Below, in pieces: positions 53,390 to 62,336 of a DNA stretch of 64,000 nucleotides (position 1 is the stretch's first letter; each line of letters begins with the position of its first letter). The DNA comes from a virus (lineage: Duplodnaviria; Heunggongvirae; Uroviricota; Caudoviricetes). A model generated the notes under the pieces. The model saw only the letters and a program-made list of their open reading frames with translations. It did not search any database and had not been told where the DNA came from. The DNA is taken from the IMG/VR virus record IMGVR_UViG_2799113095_000002. One strand, 5' to 3'. The translations under genes were made by a program, and so were the position numbers.

Positions 53390-53726
53390 GGGTCACCGCC
53401 GTTCCGTCCGCCGTGCCCTTCTCTGAATCCTTCACTGGCGGAACCCATCCGGCATTCATGAAACGGACCATGGTTTCCCTGAACTCCGCCGTGTTCTCAC
53501 CGAACGCTGCACCGACCTGTGCCTTAGCAGCGACGTTGGACAACAGGTAGGCAGCCCGCTTGGGGAGCTTCCCCTCTTCGGCCAGGGCCTCAATTTTCCC
53601 GGCCGCGCTCTCCGCGATCTTGAGGACTGTAGTGATCATCGGTTCGGTGGCGACATCGAACTTGGCTGCTCTGGCATATGTTTCGGATAGGGGCGGTAGC
53701 CCCGGAGGTAATTCATTTCCGTACAT
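53382..53726 (-). CDS. hypothetical protein
   Basis: 114-aa ORF. Confidence 0.4.
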   Translation of the reverse strand: MYGNELPPGLPPLSETYARAAKFDVATEPMITTVLKIAESAAGKIEALAEEGKLPKRAAYLLSNVAAKAQVGAAFGENTAEFRETMVRFMNAGWVPPVKDSEKGTADGTAVTHG

Positions 53727-53753
53727 CGGACTGTTCTCCTTCTGGGTTGGGTG

Positions 53754-54641
53754 TTATTTGGTTGGGGCGGGGATCGTGGCGAGAGCGCTAGTACCGGGCC
53801 AGCAGCCCCACGGGGACATGCCTTTATCGAGTGCCTTGGTGATGCAGTTCTGAACAATCACGTTGGGGTCGTTGGATACAGACGAGGCGAGGATGCGGTT
53901 CGCTTCCGCCTGTTCGGTGGCCGTCTTCTTCGCCTGCTCGGCCTTGGCGGTGTTCGCGCGTTCCGCGTTCAGCTCATTGATACGAGCTTCGGTGCCGTCG
54001 TCGTAGTCGATGGTGGGCACGGCTACGTCGAGGATGTCCACCTGCTCACCGACAAGCTTCCGCAGCTTCTCGGAGGTCTCCTTGGCGAATGTCTCCAGCG
54101 GTAAGCCGTTGGCCCACTTGGTCGCCAGTGGGTCCAGCTTGGAAAACACGTCATTGAGCGCGACCTGCAAGTTCCTGGTGATGAGGTTGGTTCGGACGTT
54201 GTCGAATGATCGGTACTGGACGTACAGCTCATCGGCGGCATCCTGTTTGATCTGCCAGCGCACGGACACATCCGCATCGGCGGTGGATGAGTTACCGAGT
54301 CTGACCTTGATCCGGTGGTCCCCTTCGTACTTGTCGATCTGGACGGCGGCGTCCATCTCATCGACCGTTGCCCAAGGCCTCTTCCAGTGCAGCCCGTTGG
54401 AAAGTGTTTCCCCGGAGGGCTTTCCGAACACGGTTTCGATGCCGACTTTTCGGGTTCCGACGACAGTGAAGCAGCCCAGCAAAAGGACGACGACAGCGAC
54501 TACGAGGGCAATACCTCCGGCGACGAGCGAAACGTAGGGGCCTTCGGCATCCCGGTCGATTCGATGGGCGACGAAGCCGCCGCCACATAGGGCCACGGCG
54601 ATGAGGCCGAAGATCAGGAACGTGACAAATTCCCAGGACAT
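53754..54641 (-). CDS. SPFH/band-7 (prohibitin-like) domain membrane protein
   Basis: N-terminal TM helix, then GIETVFGKPSG...VDEMDAAVQID...VRW typical of the SPFH domain. Coiled-coil Ala/Glu-rich C-terminal part. Confidence 0.55.
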   Translation of the reverse strand: MSWEFVTFLIFGLIAVALCGGGFVAHRIDRDAEGPYVSLVAGGIALVVAVVVLLLGCFTVVGTRKVGIETVFGKPSGETLSNGLHWKRPWATVDEMDAAVQIDKYEGDHRIKVRLGNSSTADADVSVRWQIKQDAADELYVQYRSFDNVRTNLITRNLQVALNDVFSKLDPLATKWANGLPLETFAKETSEKLRKLVGEQVDILDVAVPTIDYDDGTEARINELNAERANTAKAEQAKKTATEQAEANRILASSVSNDPNVIVQNCITKALDKGMSPWGCWPGTSALATIPAPTK

Positions 54642-54645
54642 GTGC

Positions 54646-55740
54646 TTACTTCTCCTTCTCGGTATTGGTTAGGACGGCGATGATTTCGGCGGCCAGGTCG
54701 TCGGACAGCGAGTCGATGTCCGTGACTTCTTGGGATACGCACTGGGACACGAACTCCAGTGCTTCCTTCATGCCCTGCTTGGTGCGGAGCTGGTACTTCT
54801 CCGCCGTGAGCAGGTCACGGACTTTCTGGATGGTGGCGCTGTCGGCTTTGCCGCTGCCGGGCGGCGGGGTGTTGTCGTCACCGCCGTCCGGCGCGGTGGC
54901 CTCTTGCGCGTCGGTTGCTGTTGGGGCTGGCTCCGGCTCGGGGGCAGGGGCGGGCTCAACGTTGGTGTCCGGTTGGGTGGGGTCTGGCCCCTGTTCCGCC
55001 GTCTCTGCCTGCCGGCGTTCCTCGATGGCGGCTTGCAGACCGGCGAGGCCCTTCTGTTGCGCAGGTGGCCGGGTGACCCGCTGCACGGAAACCGTCTCCG
55101 AGAGTTGTAGCTCTTCAACGGAATGGCTCATACCGAGGAGCACGTCCTGGAAGAGGATGCGGCAGACCTCCGCTTGCGCCTTCGCACGCAGCATCTCAGT
55201 GGGCTGCTTCTTGTAGAGGTCGTTGCTGGTGAAACCTGCGGTGGTGGCGCGGTCGATGGTCCACTCGGATGCGGCGGGCCTACCATCTCGACGCCCGGCC
55301 CACACGACGCGCTCCGGTGATGCCGCGACCTCCCAGACACCATCGCCGTCTGGACCGCCAGTTCCGTTGTTGTCGATCCATCGCCGTACCTGCGCGACCA
55401 TGGTCTTGCTGTAGACACCGGGCGAGCCGTGGACAGTGAACACGTTCTGCGCCGCCTGCATCGCGGACATACCGAGCTCGGCGCCGTACATAATGGCTGC
55501 GGCCAAGTCCTGTGCAGCCTTGTCCCCGAGCGGTTCCCGTTGATTCCTTGGGATATGTGACTGCTGGAAATGCTGAGGCACCATCGATGTTTTCGACAGC
55601 GACTTCGCCATGTTGTAAGCGGTCTGGAGTGCTCGGGCTTCGGCCTCCATACGCTTGATTGCAGGTGTGGTCGGCTCATCCATGAACACCTCCGGCACTG
55701 GCGGTGCTTCCACTTGGACGATGTCGGCGGTTTCGGACAT
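54646..55740 (-). CDS. RecT-like single-strand annealing protein (putative)
   Basis: ORF 54646..55851 trimmed to MSETADIVQV, which has an AGAAGGAGAG RBS. Lies immediately downstream of a YqaJ/RecE-type exonuclease. Acidic, Pro-rich C-terminal tail. Confidence 0.45.
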   Translation of the reverse strand: MSETADIVQVEAPPVPEVFMDEPTTPAIKRMEAEARALQTAYNMAKSLSKTSMVPQHFQQSHIPRNQREPLGDKAAQDLAAAIMYGAELGMSAMQAAQNVFTVHGSPGVYSKTMVAQVRRWIDNNGTGGPDGDGVWEVAASPERVVWAGRRDGRPAASEWTIDRATTAGFTSNDLYKKQPTEMLRAKAQAEVCRILFQDVLLGMSHSVEELQLSETVSVQRVTRPPAQQKGLAGLQAAIEERRQAETAEQGPDPTQPDTNVEPAPAPEPEPAPTATDAQEATAPDGGDDNTPPPGSGKADSATIQKVRDLLTAEKYQLRTKQGMKEALEFVSQCVSQEVTDIDSLSDDLAAEIIAVLTNTEKEK

Positions 55741-55762
55741 GCTGGCTCTCCTTCTGGTTGTT

Positions 55763-56656
55763 TCACTGGACCGCGTACAGGGAAACCGATCCGCCCCTGC
55801 CTGGTTGTCTGCGGGCGACACGGACACCGCCCGCTGTCGCGTACTGGGCATCGCCCATGAGGTCGAGAATCTTTGTCTTGGCTCCGCGTTCGCGGTTGGT
55901 GGCCTCCTTCGCTTCGGCTACTGCGGTGAGATAGTCAGTGCCGTCTTCGGGGGTGATCTGGACTGTGATTCCGCGCGCGATGTCGGGGTGCTGCTCGCGC
56001 ACAAATTCATAGGTGGCGACCGAGTTGTCGAGCGGTGGCGGCTCCGTCTCATCGAGTGAGTCCCAGAACTCCTTGCACGCCTTGATGATCGCGGCGGCTG
56101 CGGCCATGTTGTACGGGATGACGTACGTGTGGTGTTGGAACCGCGGACCCATGACGACGAGGTGCGCAGGTTCTTTCGTCAGCCCCGAAAACACCTGCTG
56201 GGTAAGAACTTGCGTGAAATAGTCTGGTGGAGCTTCATCGGTGAAGTCGTCGCCCCACTCCTCCAATGAGCGCGCGATCTTGAACTCCACGTCGCGGCGG
56301 CGGCGGCCTCGGCGTCCGCGTCGGTCGAGCGTGACCAGGTACGGGAAACCGAACTTCTCCGGGTCACCGACGTACTGGACCTCGCCGGGTGACAGCTGCC
56401 AGCCGGGGTTGTCGTACCGCCACAGTTCGGCGAGGGCGAGCTCGAACGCGTGCCCTACACGGAATATGTCCTTCTCTGGTTCCGGCGCGGCGAGGCCCTT
56501 CATCCTGTGCCACAGGCAGTATGGCGAGTCCCACCGGGAGAGGCCCATGATCGCGGCGACCTTGGAAGGGCTGATGAGCATTGAGTGCTCCGGCGAGCCA
56601 GGGGCGATGAATCCCGGTTCGCCGGGCCGGTAGATACCCGGCTTGATATCGGTCAT
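55763..56656 (-). CDS. YqaJ/lambda-exonuclease-like recombination exonuclease (RecE-like)
   Basis: ORF 55763..56794 trimmed to MTDIKPGIYRPGEP (ATGA overlap). Has a YqaJ-like N-terminal region (SPSKVAAIMGLSRWDSPYCLWHRMKG). Confidence 0.6.
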   Translation of the reverse strand: MTDIKPGIYRPGEPGFIAPGSPEHSMLISPSKVAAIMGLSRWDSPYCLWHRMKGLAAPEPEKDIFRVGHAFELALAELWRYDNPGWQLSPGEVQYVGDPEKFGFPYLVTLDRRGRRGRRRRDVEFKIARSLEEWGDDFTDEAPPDYFTQVLTQQVFSGLTKEPAHLVVMGPRFQHHTYVIPYNMAAAAAIIKACKEFWDSLDETEPPPLDNSVATYEFVREQHPDIARGITVQITPEDGTDYLTAVAEAKEATNRERGAKTKILDLMGDAQYATAGGVRVARRQPGRGGSVSLYAVQ

Positions 56657-57021
56657 CGCGCGTTCTTCCCTGCTGGTAGGTAGTTGTCGTGAAGCCAGAG
56701 GTCCGGCTGGCGGTTGGGGCGGTTGCGCACCGGCACCGCCGCTGGAGGTATGTGGGGGTGTCCGGGGATGGAGAGGCCAACGGATTGCGCCCATTCGGGG
56801 CTAACGGTGACTTCCCGGTGGTCGGCGGAGCAGAGGTCAATGATGTTGGCGGGATGCCATTTGCCGCCCTGTGAGCGGTTGATGCGGTGGTGTTTCTCAG
56901 TGGCCTTTTCCTTGCCGCACCACTCGCACCAGCCCATCGAGCGCCCGGCGACGTGGGCGCGGGTGAGGGGTTCATCCCAGTTGGTGATGAACTCTTCGTC
57001 CCAGATCGACGGCGCTGTCAC
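56653..57021 (-). CDS. HNH endonuclease
   Basis: CEWCGKEKATEKHHRINRSQGG...NIIDLCSADHRE carries the HNH motif with a Cys pair. Confidence 0.65.
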   Translation of the reverse strand: MTAPSIWDEEFITNWDEPLTRAHVAGRSMGWCEWCGKEKATEKHHRINRSQGGKWHPANIIDLCSADHREVTVSPEWAQSVGLSIPGHPHIPPAAVPVRNRPNRQPDLWLHDNYLPAGKNAR

Positions 57022-57221
57022 TGAACCGGCCTGAGGACGATGGACGATTTGGCCGGCAAGACATCTACGTGTAGAACGTCGTTGCTATCGAGAGGCGTGG
57101 CGCACTCCCATTGATCGAGGCCGTCCGCGTCTTTCCCGACATAGGCGAGTTCGCAAATGATCTTCCGGCCATTGGCTTTAGTGATGTAGACGCCTTGCGG
57201 GCGCTCTGGTTGCTCGCTCAT
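57018..57221 (-). CDS. small hypothetical protein
   Basis: 67-aa ORF. Confidence 0.35.
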   Translation of the reverse strand: MSEQPERPQGVYITKANGRKIICELAYVGKDADGLDQWECATPLDSNDVLHVDVLPAKSSIVLRPVQ

Positions 57222-57433
57222 ACGTCGTCCGGTTCGGGTTCGGTGTGGGCGGGTTTGGCTGTGAAGTTCCGCGCGAATTTCCTGCCAGCTGCGGCGGCGA
57301 CAGCCTTTGTGGTGTATGGGCCGTAGTTGAAGTGTTCATTCCCCTTGGGGCTGGTCCACTTCCACGCGAACCCTTCGTTGTCCTTCCGGGGGAACGCTTC
57401 GACGGTGCCAGGCACCGGCTTGGCTTTGGTCAC
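57218..57433 (-). CDS. small hypothetical protein
   Basis: 71-aa ORF. Confidence 0.35.
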   Translation of the reverse strand: MTKAKPVPGTVEAFPRKDNEGFAWKWTSPKGNEHFNYGPYTTKAVAAAAGRKFARNFTAKPAHTEPEPDDV

Positions 57434-58221
57434 GCTGCGCCTTCCTTCCTCGTCGCGGCCTTGATCCGTTGCAGCTGCCGTTCAACGGATTCCGGCTTCA
57501 CGTCGAGCCTCTGCGCGAGCTGATAGGTATCGGTGACGCCCATGTCTTGGAGTTCTTCCAGCCGCTCTGTGGCGGTGCTGAAATTGCTGCCGTAGATCGG
57601 CTGCACGGCGGGGTCATCGATGGTGTCTTCGTCCCACTGGAGAGGTAGCGGCCAACCCTTTTGGGTTGCTCGCTGGCGGGCGACACGGCTCGGGCCTTCG
57701 GTCATTTGCAGCTTGTTGAACAGGTCGGCTATCGCTTGCGCACGTTGCGCCGTGACGTTCTTGGCTCTTCCGGAGTACAAGCCGCTGAGGGCGGTTGGGT
57801 CTGAGAGCCCCAGACTGGCCGTGATCTGCGGGCCGCCGTACCCGATCCGGGCGAGGGCGCGGAGGCGACGCACTGAACCCGTCGAATCCACGAGTGCTGA
57901 TGCGCTTGCGAGATCGACAGCGGACGCGGGTACAGCGAGGCCCATGATTAGTTCGTGGGTGCGGCGGTCGATCCAGCGGCGTTCGGCAGCAGCTAATCGC
58001 ATGATGGTGCTGCGCGATAGCCCGGTGAGGCTCCGTATCTGCCGCGTCCCGATACCGGCGGCTTGAAGTTGTGCAAGCCGTTCGCGGGCTTCGTCTACGG
58101 AGTGCCTTCCGTTGTCGAAACGTCCGTAAGCCCGCAGGCGGTAGACATGCCGTTTCCGGTGGGTGTCACAGAGGCCATGACCTACAACCGGCCTTTTGCA
58201 GAGTCGGCACTGCGCCCTCAC
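57430..58221 (-). CDS. DNA-binding protein with N-terminal Cys4/His zinc ribbon and HTH
   Basis: GTG start. CRLCKRPVVGHGLCDTHRKRH, then HTH-like IRSLTGLSRSTIMRLAAAERR. Confidence 0.45.
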   Translation of the reverse strand: MRAQCRLCKRPVVGHGLCDTHRKRHVYRLRAYGRFDNGRHSVDEARERLAQLQAAGIGTRQIRSLTGLSRSTIMRLAAAERRWIDRRTHELIMGLAVPASAVDLASASALVDSTGSVRRLRALARIGYGGPQITASLGLSDPTALSGLYSGRAKNVTAQRAQAIADLFNKLQMTEGPSRVARQRATQKGWPLPLQWDEDTIDDPAVQPIYGSNFSTATERLEELQDMGVTDTYQLAQRLDVKPESVERQLQRIKAATRKEGAA

Positions 58222-58354
58222 GGATTACCCTTCCGCCCCGAGAAGAAGTAGTGCGAGAGCATCGCCGCGACGATGGCGGGTACCAGCCATCCGCCCTGCG
58301 CTGTCACTGCGCCGACGCCCGCGAACACGAAAGAGGCTGCCAGTGAAGCCCAGC
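58222..58354 (-). CDS. small single-TM peptide (about 44 aa)
   Basis: MRQGWASLAASFVFAGVGAVTAQGGWLVPAIVAAMLSHYFF..., found by hand. GTGA overlap with the downstream start. Confidence 0.25.
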
Positions 58355-58360
58355 CCTGCC

Positions 58361-58702
58361 TCATGATTCGACCGCCAGAGGGTTGTACGCGTTGCCTCGT
58401 GCGAACCGGCGGCGACGCTTCTGTGCGTAGTTGAGGCGCGACTGGCGGGCGATGGCCGCAGTGTTTCCGCGCCGGGCGCGGCGGGCGTGGCGGTTCTTCT
58501 TCCGCCGTCGCTCTACCTCCTCTACGGGAACGGACCCCGCGTACACGTTGGAGCCTTGGAGTGCGAGGAGTACTGACTTCTCAAACTTGCCTGGCTCCAG
58601 TGGCTTTGGTGTGGGCTCCAGCTGGTATATGCCGGTCTCTGGCTTCTTGGCTGCTTCGGTGCGCGCGTTCTGGTCGCGGAGCAGCTTGTACATATCAGGC
58701 AT
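58361..58702 (-). CDS. hypothetical basic protein
   Basis: 113-aa ORF with an Arg/Lys-rich C-terminal half. Confidence 0.4.
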   Translation of the reverse strand: MPDMYKLLRDQNARTEAAKKPETGIYQLEPTPKPLEPGKFEKSVLLALQGSNVYAGSVPVEEVERRRKKNRHARRARRGNTAAIARQSRLNYAQKRRRRFARGNAYNPLAVES

Positions 58703-59267
58703 GGGGATCGGCTCCTATTCCCTTCTTGTCGCGCTCGTACGCGCGGCGGAAGCAATCTCGGGTGGCCCGCGTGTCGCCGAGCGCCGTGTGTTCGGCGGTG
58801 TTGGTGACACCCAGCAGCTCGCAGCACCTCGCAAGGCCGGGTGGGTCGGCGGGGTCGATCTGGAAAAGACCTGCGGTGTAGGCAGATAGGTCCGAGAGCC
58901 GATACCGCCAAGGCTCTTTCGTCCGGGTCTGCGCACGCCAGACGTGCTCGTAACCGGCTATCAGCATGTCCGCGTCAAATCGCGGGTTAGCACCGCCGAG
59001 GGTCTTCCCGTCCAGCAGTTCGAACAAGTCCTGGTAGCAGTTCAGCGTCGCGGTATCGGTGAGCTGATCGCGGTAGAGGGCACGCTCGTAGTACCGGTTG
59101 ATACGCATCGACTCTGGGTCCGCGTAGCCCAATGCCTCCGCCGAAATGAATGGGACGAAATGGATTTCGCGGCCCGTCTTCAAGTGGATCGCCGCGACCT
59201 CCACCGGCAGGTGCCGGTTGCGGTCCAATCCGGTTGTCTCAACGTCAACAACCCATAGCTCGCTCAT
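58695..59267 (-). CDS. DnaQ-like DEDDh 3-prime to 5-prime exonuclease
   Basis: ORF 58695..59450 trimmed to MSELWVVDVETTGLD (Exo I motif). HTALGDTRA (Exo III) near the C-terminus. Confidence 0.65.
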   Translation of the reverse strand: MSELWVVDVETTGLDRNRHLPVEVAAIHLKTGREIHFVPFISAEALGYADPESMRINRYYERALYRDQLTDTATLNCYQDLFELLDGKTLGGANPRFDADMLIAGYEHVWRAQTRTKEPWRYRLSDLSAYTAGLFQIDPADPPGLARCCELLGVTNTAEHTALGDTRATRDCFRRAYERDKKGIGADPHA

Positions 59268-59563
59268 ATGGTCCTCCAGCGGGCCGACTTCACGTAGAGG
59301 TCGAGAAGCGGCTGCTGCCAAGGGCAGTAAGCCTCCACGGACAGCCGGACAATGCGGCCCGCGTCGGGGTAGCTGAACCCTCGCTCGTGGAGTGCATTCC
59401 CGATGCGGTTGATGCCGTTGAAAGTTGGATCGCCGCTGATCGCGATGCACAGCGCGCCACCGACATCATTCGCGGCATCGTTCACCGGGTCGGCAGCCGC
59501 CGGGGCGGCGCAGGAGACCACCACCGCGAACGCGACGAAAGTCGCCAAGACTATGCGTATCAT
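59264..59563 (-). CDS. secreted small protein (signal peptide), DUF732-like
   Basis: ORF 59264..59689 trimmed to MIRIVLATFVAFAVVVSCAAPAAADP, which reads as a signal peptide. Two Cys. About 99 aa. Size and pattern recall mycobacterial DUF732. Confidence 0.4.
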   Translation of the reverse strand: MIRIVLATFVAFAVVVSCAAPAAADPVNDAANDVGGALCIAISGDPTFNGINRIGNALHERGFSYPDAGRIVRLSVEAYCPWQQPLLDLYVKSARWRTI

Positions 59564-59700
59564 GCGGCAGCGCTCCAGATCTCGGCTGGTGTGCCGTGCC
59601 TTGCGGACAGTTCGTCCCAGATCGGATTCAGGCTTGGCGGCGCCGGTTCGGGTGCCGGTTGGATACCGAACAAGACACGCCGCAACCATCGGTGCTTCAT
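59562..59700 (-). CDS. small hypothetical peptide (about 46 aa)
   Basis: MKHRWLRRVLFGIQPAPEP..., found by hand. GGGAGA RBS and ATGA overlap with the downstream start. Confidence 0.25.
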
Positions 59701-59724
59701 GTTGTCTCCCTGTGCTGGTTGGTT

Positions 59725-60081
59725 TTACGTGAGGGTGAGCTGCTGGGAACCGCCCAGCCGGTAGTGCATTTCGCCGATACCGGCGGCGGTGACGTGGATG
59801 ATCTGTGGGCGCTCCTTGGTCACACCGGTAGGTGTTTCGTACTCGCCGCCGGGCCGCAGAGCGATGTACCCGAGGGTCACGCTCTCCGGGTATGCGTGCC
59901 AGCGTTGATCGCGGCCCCGCGTGATCCAGTCCTCGTTAGCCATTGCCTCGAACAACTGGTCGCGCCCGATGTTGATGGCAGGGTCTACGGACAGCAGGCG
60001 TGCGGCCTCGGATACGGGGTAGTCCCCCGTGAGATCCGTGAGATGCGCTGGCAGCTCAGGGCGTTGAAGGATGCGCGCCAT
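59725..60081 (-). CDS. hypothetical protein
   Basis: ORF 59725..60267 trimmed to MARILQRPELPAHLTDL. Confidence 0.4.
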   Translation of the reverse strand: MARILQRPELPAHLTDLTGDYPVSEAARLLSVDPAINIGRDQLFEAMANEDWITRGRDQRWHAYPESVTLGYIALRPGGEYETPTGVTKERPQIIHVTAAGIGEMHYRLGGSQQLTLT

Positions 60082-60085
60082 GGTG

Positions 60086-60190
60086 ATCACCTGCTGGCGA
60101 GGACGTTCGTCATCAGGACGGAGCCGAAGAACACGCCGAAGGCGAGGGCCCAGAGGACAGGCACCAGGGTCTCCCGGAGCCAGGGCACCA
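60086..60190 (-). CDS. possible small TM peptide (about 39 aa)
   Basis: MFRETVVPWLRETLVPVLWALAFGVFFGSVLMTNVLASR lies in the 124-nt gap. TGATG overlap with the ParB-like stop. Confidence 0.2.
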
Positions 60191-60205
60191 CGGTCTCGCG
60201 GAACA

Positions 60206-61066
60206 TCACGCGAGCACCTGCTGTGTGGTGCCGATAACCTTGGGGAAGTTCGTTCCGTTCCACCCACCCTTGGGCTGCTGGAGCTTCGCGATGTGGCTGC
60301 CGGTCATCCAGCGGTTGAACGCGACAATGAAATAGCCGATGGCTTCGCGGTCAGAAATCTTGAAGCCCTCGCCGCGCACGCGGTCTAAACGGTTACGCAG
60401 GGCGAGGATTGGCGAGCCTGCCTCTAGCCCAGCACCGTCGAGTACTCGCTGGAAGAACACGCTGGTTGTCTCAACCCCATGCCAGTACGCGATGCCTGCG
60501 AACACCGCACGCACCAGGCCGGGCCGGGCCTTCACGCGATTGAAGGCGCCACCCCTGCGGATGAGCTCGAACAACTCGGGATGCTCGGTGGCCCACTGCA
60601 CAACATCCGTGGTCGTGATAGCGCCGGAGGCCTTATCGGTGTACAGCCAGCCGCGCTGCCACACCATGAACGTCTTGACAGCGGAAGCATCCGAGTTCGT
60701 GGAGTTGATACCGGCGAGGTTCAGCTGATCGGATGCGCTCCGCCGGAGGCCCTGGTCCATGGTGCTCTGCGATTCCGCCGGCAGGCCCCGAACCACAAGC
60801 ATTTCCACGGGCACGCCGCACAGGGAGATCGCGTGGAGGCGGTGCTGCCCGTCGAGAAGTGAGCCGTCCAGGCTGAACTTGATCGCCTCGCCGTTGAACT
60901 GCCAGCGGCCCGCCTCCATGTCGGCGGCTAGCTGGAGAATCTTCTTCTCGCTGAGGGGCCGGTTACGGACGTTGAACTTGAGGTACTCGTCGGCGAGCTT
61001 GCCGTCGATCCTCTCGACATCGGACGTGACCATTTGGTTCCTCCGAAGTGGGATAGCATTCGACAC
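60206..61066 (-). CDS. ParB-like nuclease domain protein (second copy of the ParB/Srx fold in the window)
   Basis: NVRNRPLSEKKILQLAADMEAGRWQFNGEAIKFSLDGSLLDGQHRLHAI matches the ParB N-terminal domain, including the DGQHR core. Confidence 0.55.
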   Translation of the reverse strand: MSNAIPLRRNQMVTSDVERIDGKLADEYLKFNVRNRPLSEKKILQLAADMEAGRWQFNGEAIKFSLDGSLLDGQHRLHAISLCGVPVEMLVVRGLPAESQSTMDQGLRRSASDQLNLAGINSTNSDASAVKTFMVWQRGWLYTDKASGAITTTDVVQWATEHPELFELIRRGGAFNRVKARPGLVRAVFAGIAYWHGVETTSVFFQRVLDGAGLEAGSPILALRNRLDRVRGEGFKISDREAIGYFIVAFNRWMTGSHIAKLQQPKGGWNGTNFPKVIGTTQQVLA

Positions 61067-61087
61067 TGAGGTGCTCCTTCTGCTGGT

Positions 61088-61969
61088 TTACGAGGGCAAC
61101 TTCTCGATGACGCGTTGCAGCGCGTCTCGCGCGCGGATCAGATCGCTTGCGTAGATGGCGATTTGGTCCGCGTTCTTGTCGAAGCGGTCGTCGGCTGCCA
61201 GTGCCTCTACCCGCTTCACCGCCTTCGTCATGGCCGTGGTGGCTTCGGCGAAGGAGTCTGTGATCGGCTTCCGGCGGGGGATGGGCACGGGAACCGGGAC
61301 GGGGGCGGCGGGTGTGGGGAGCACGCAGGACTGGTGCTCGTCGCGCCAGTCCTGGAGGGCCAAGCGGTCTTCGTCTGCCGCCCCGGAGTAGAGGGCCATG
61401 GTGGATCCGCACACGCACTTGGCGAAGCTCTCCACGGTCTCGGAGGTGGCGGCAGCGGGGGGAGCGCTCACCTCCGAGACCGTGGGAGCGCCCGTGGCCG
61501 CCTGCGCGGGGGGAGGCGCAGCATTGGCAGCCGCCGGGGGCTCATTCGGGAGGTCTGGGACAACCGTCAGCGTGGGCCGTACCGGCTGGGTCGGCTGGTA
61601 GGTCTTGCCGTTGGTGCCGGTGACGGGTCCTACTGAGTCATTTGACTCAGTAGGGGGTGCAGGGAGTTCGCGTTGCACGGTGCTCTGGCTGACCCCGGTT
61701 GCCGCCGCGATAGCGCGGGTGGAGAGCCCGGAGTCGCGGAGGGACAGCACTACCTCGGCGCGGGTCTCGCGGGGCAGCTTGAACCAGGTGGAGGCGAACT
61801 CGCGCTCGCAGTACACGTCCCAGGACGGGTATCCGAGGACAGCCCATGCCCGCTGGGTGTATGCCTTAGCTATGAGGTCCCAGACGCGATCGACGGAGCT
61901 GCGGATGCTCTCGGTGAGTGCCCGCGCATCAGTCGGCGACATCGCGGTCACGGAGACGGCGGACATCAT
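61088..61969 (-). CDS. HTH DNA-binding protein with Pro/Ala-rich linker
   Basis: HTH SLRDSGLSTRAIAAATGVSQSTVQREL; 293 aa. Confidence 0.5.
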   Translation of the reverse strand: MMSAVSVTAMSPTDARALTESIRSSVDRVWDLIAKAYTQRAWAVLGYPSWDVYCEREFASTWFKLPRETRAEVVLSLRDSGLSTRAIAAATGVSQSTVQRELPAPPTESNDSVGPVTGTNGKTYQPTQPVRPTLTVVPDLPNEPPAAANAAPPPAQAATGAPTVSEVSAPPAAATSETVESFAKCVCGSTMALYSGAADEDRLALQDWRDEHQSCVLPTPAAPVPVPVPIPRRKPITDSFAEATTAMTKAVKRVEALAADDRFDKNADQIAIYASDLIRARDALQRVIEKLPS

Positions 61970-62220
61970 GCGGCCTTGGAGGCGGAGTCGGGCAGAAGAG
62001 AGGTGAGGGAGATGCCCAGAAACCGGGCGATGCCGTCGAGGTCGGCGAGGGTGAAGCTCAATTCCCCTGTGAGTCGGCGACTTACGTACTGCCGGGTGCG
62101 CCGGAGGGGAACGGCGGCGTCAGTGGCGGTGAAGCGGCGGCGGGCGAGCTCGGCTCGGATGGTCGCACCAACCATTTCGTCCAACGTCAGAACGTTACTC
62201 ACAGCGTAACGATAACTCAC
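61966..62220 (-). CDS. Cro-like small DNA-binding protein, divergent from the repressor
   Basis: 84-aa ORF (GTG at 62220, or ATG about 62175). Helix-turn-helix-like RRTRQYVSRRLTGELSFTLADLDGIARFLGIS. Leftward, opposite the repressor. Confidence 0.45.
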   Translation of the reverse strand: MSYRYAVSNVLTLDEMVGATIRAELARRRFTATDAAVPLRRTRQYVSRRLTGELSFTLADLDGIARFLGISLTSLLPDSASKAA

Positions 62221-62290
62221 AGCAAGTAACGGCGCTACCGTTTGGAGATACGGCGCGCCGGTTTAAGTGAGGTGTGAGTTACTTTTCCGG
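62190..62290. promoter_or_regulatory. divergent promoter/operator region with four copies of GTGAGTNAY in both orientations
   Basis: gttactcac (62193), ataactcac (62211), gtgagttac (62273) and a partial gtgaggtgt. Putative leaderless repressor promoter: -10 TATCAT 7 nt upstream of ATG 62346, with TTTCAC as -35 at 17-bp spacing. Confidence 0.4.
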
Positions 62291-62336
62291 TCGTTTAGTT
62301 AGCTTTAACTTTCACCACGACCGCTAGACGGTTATC

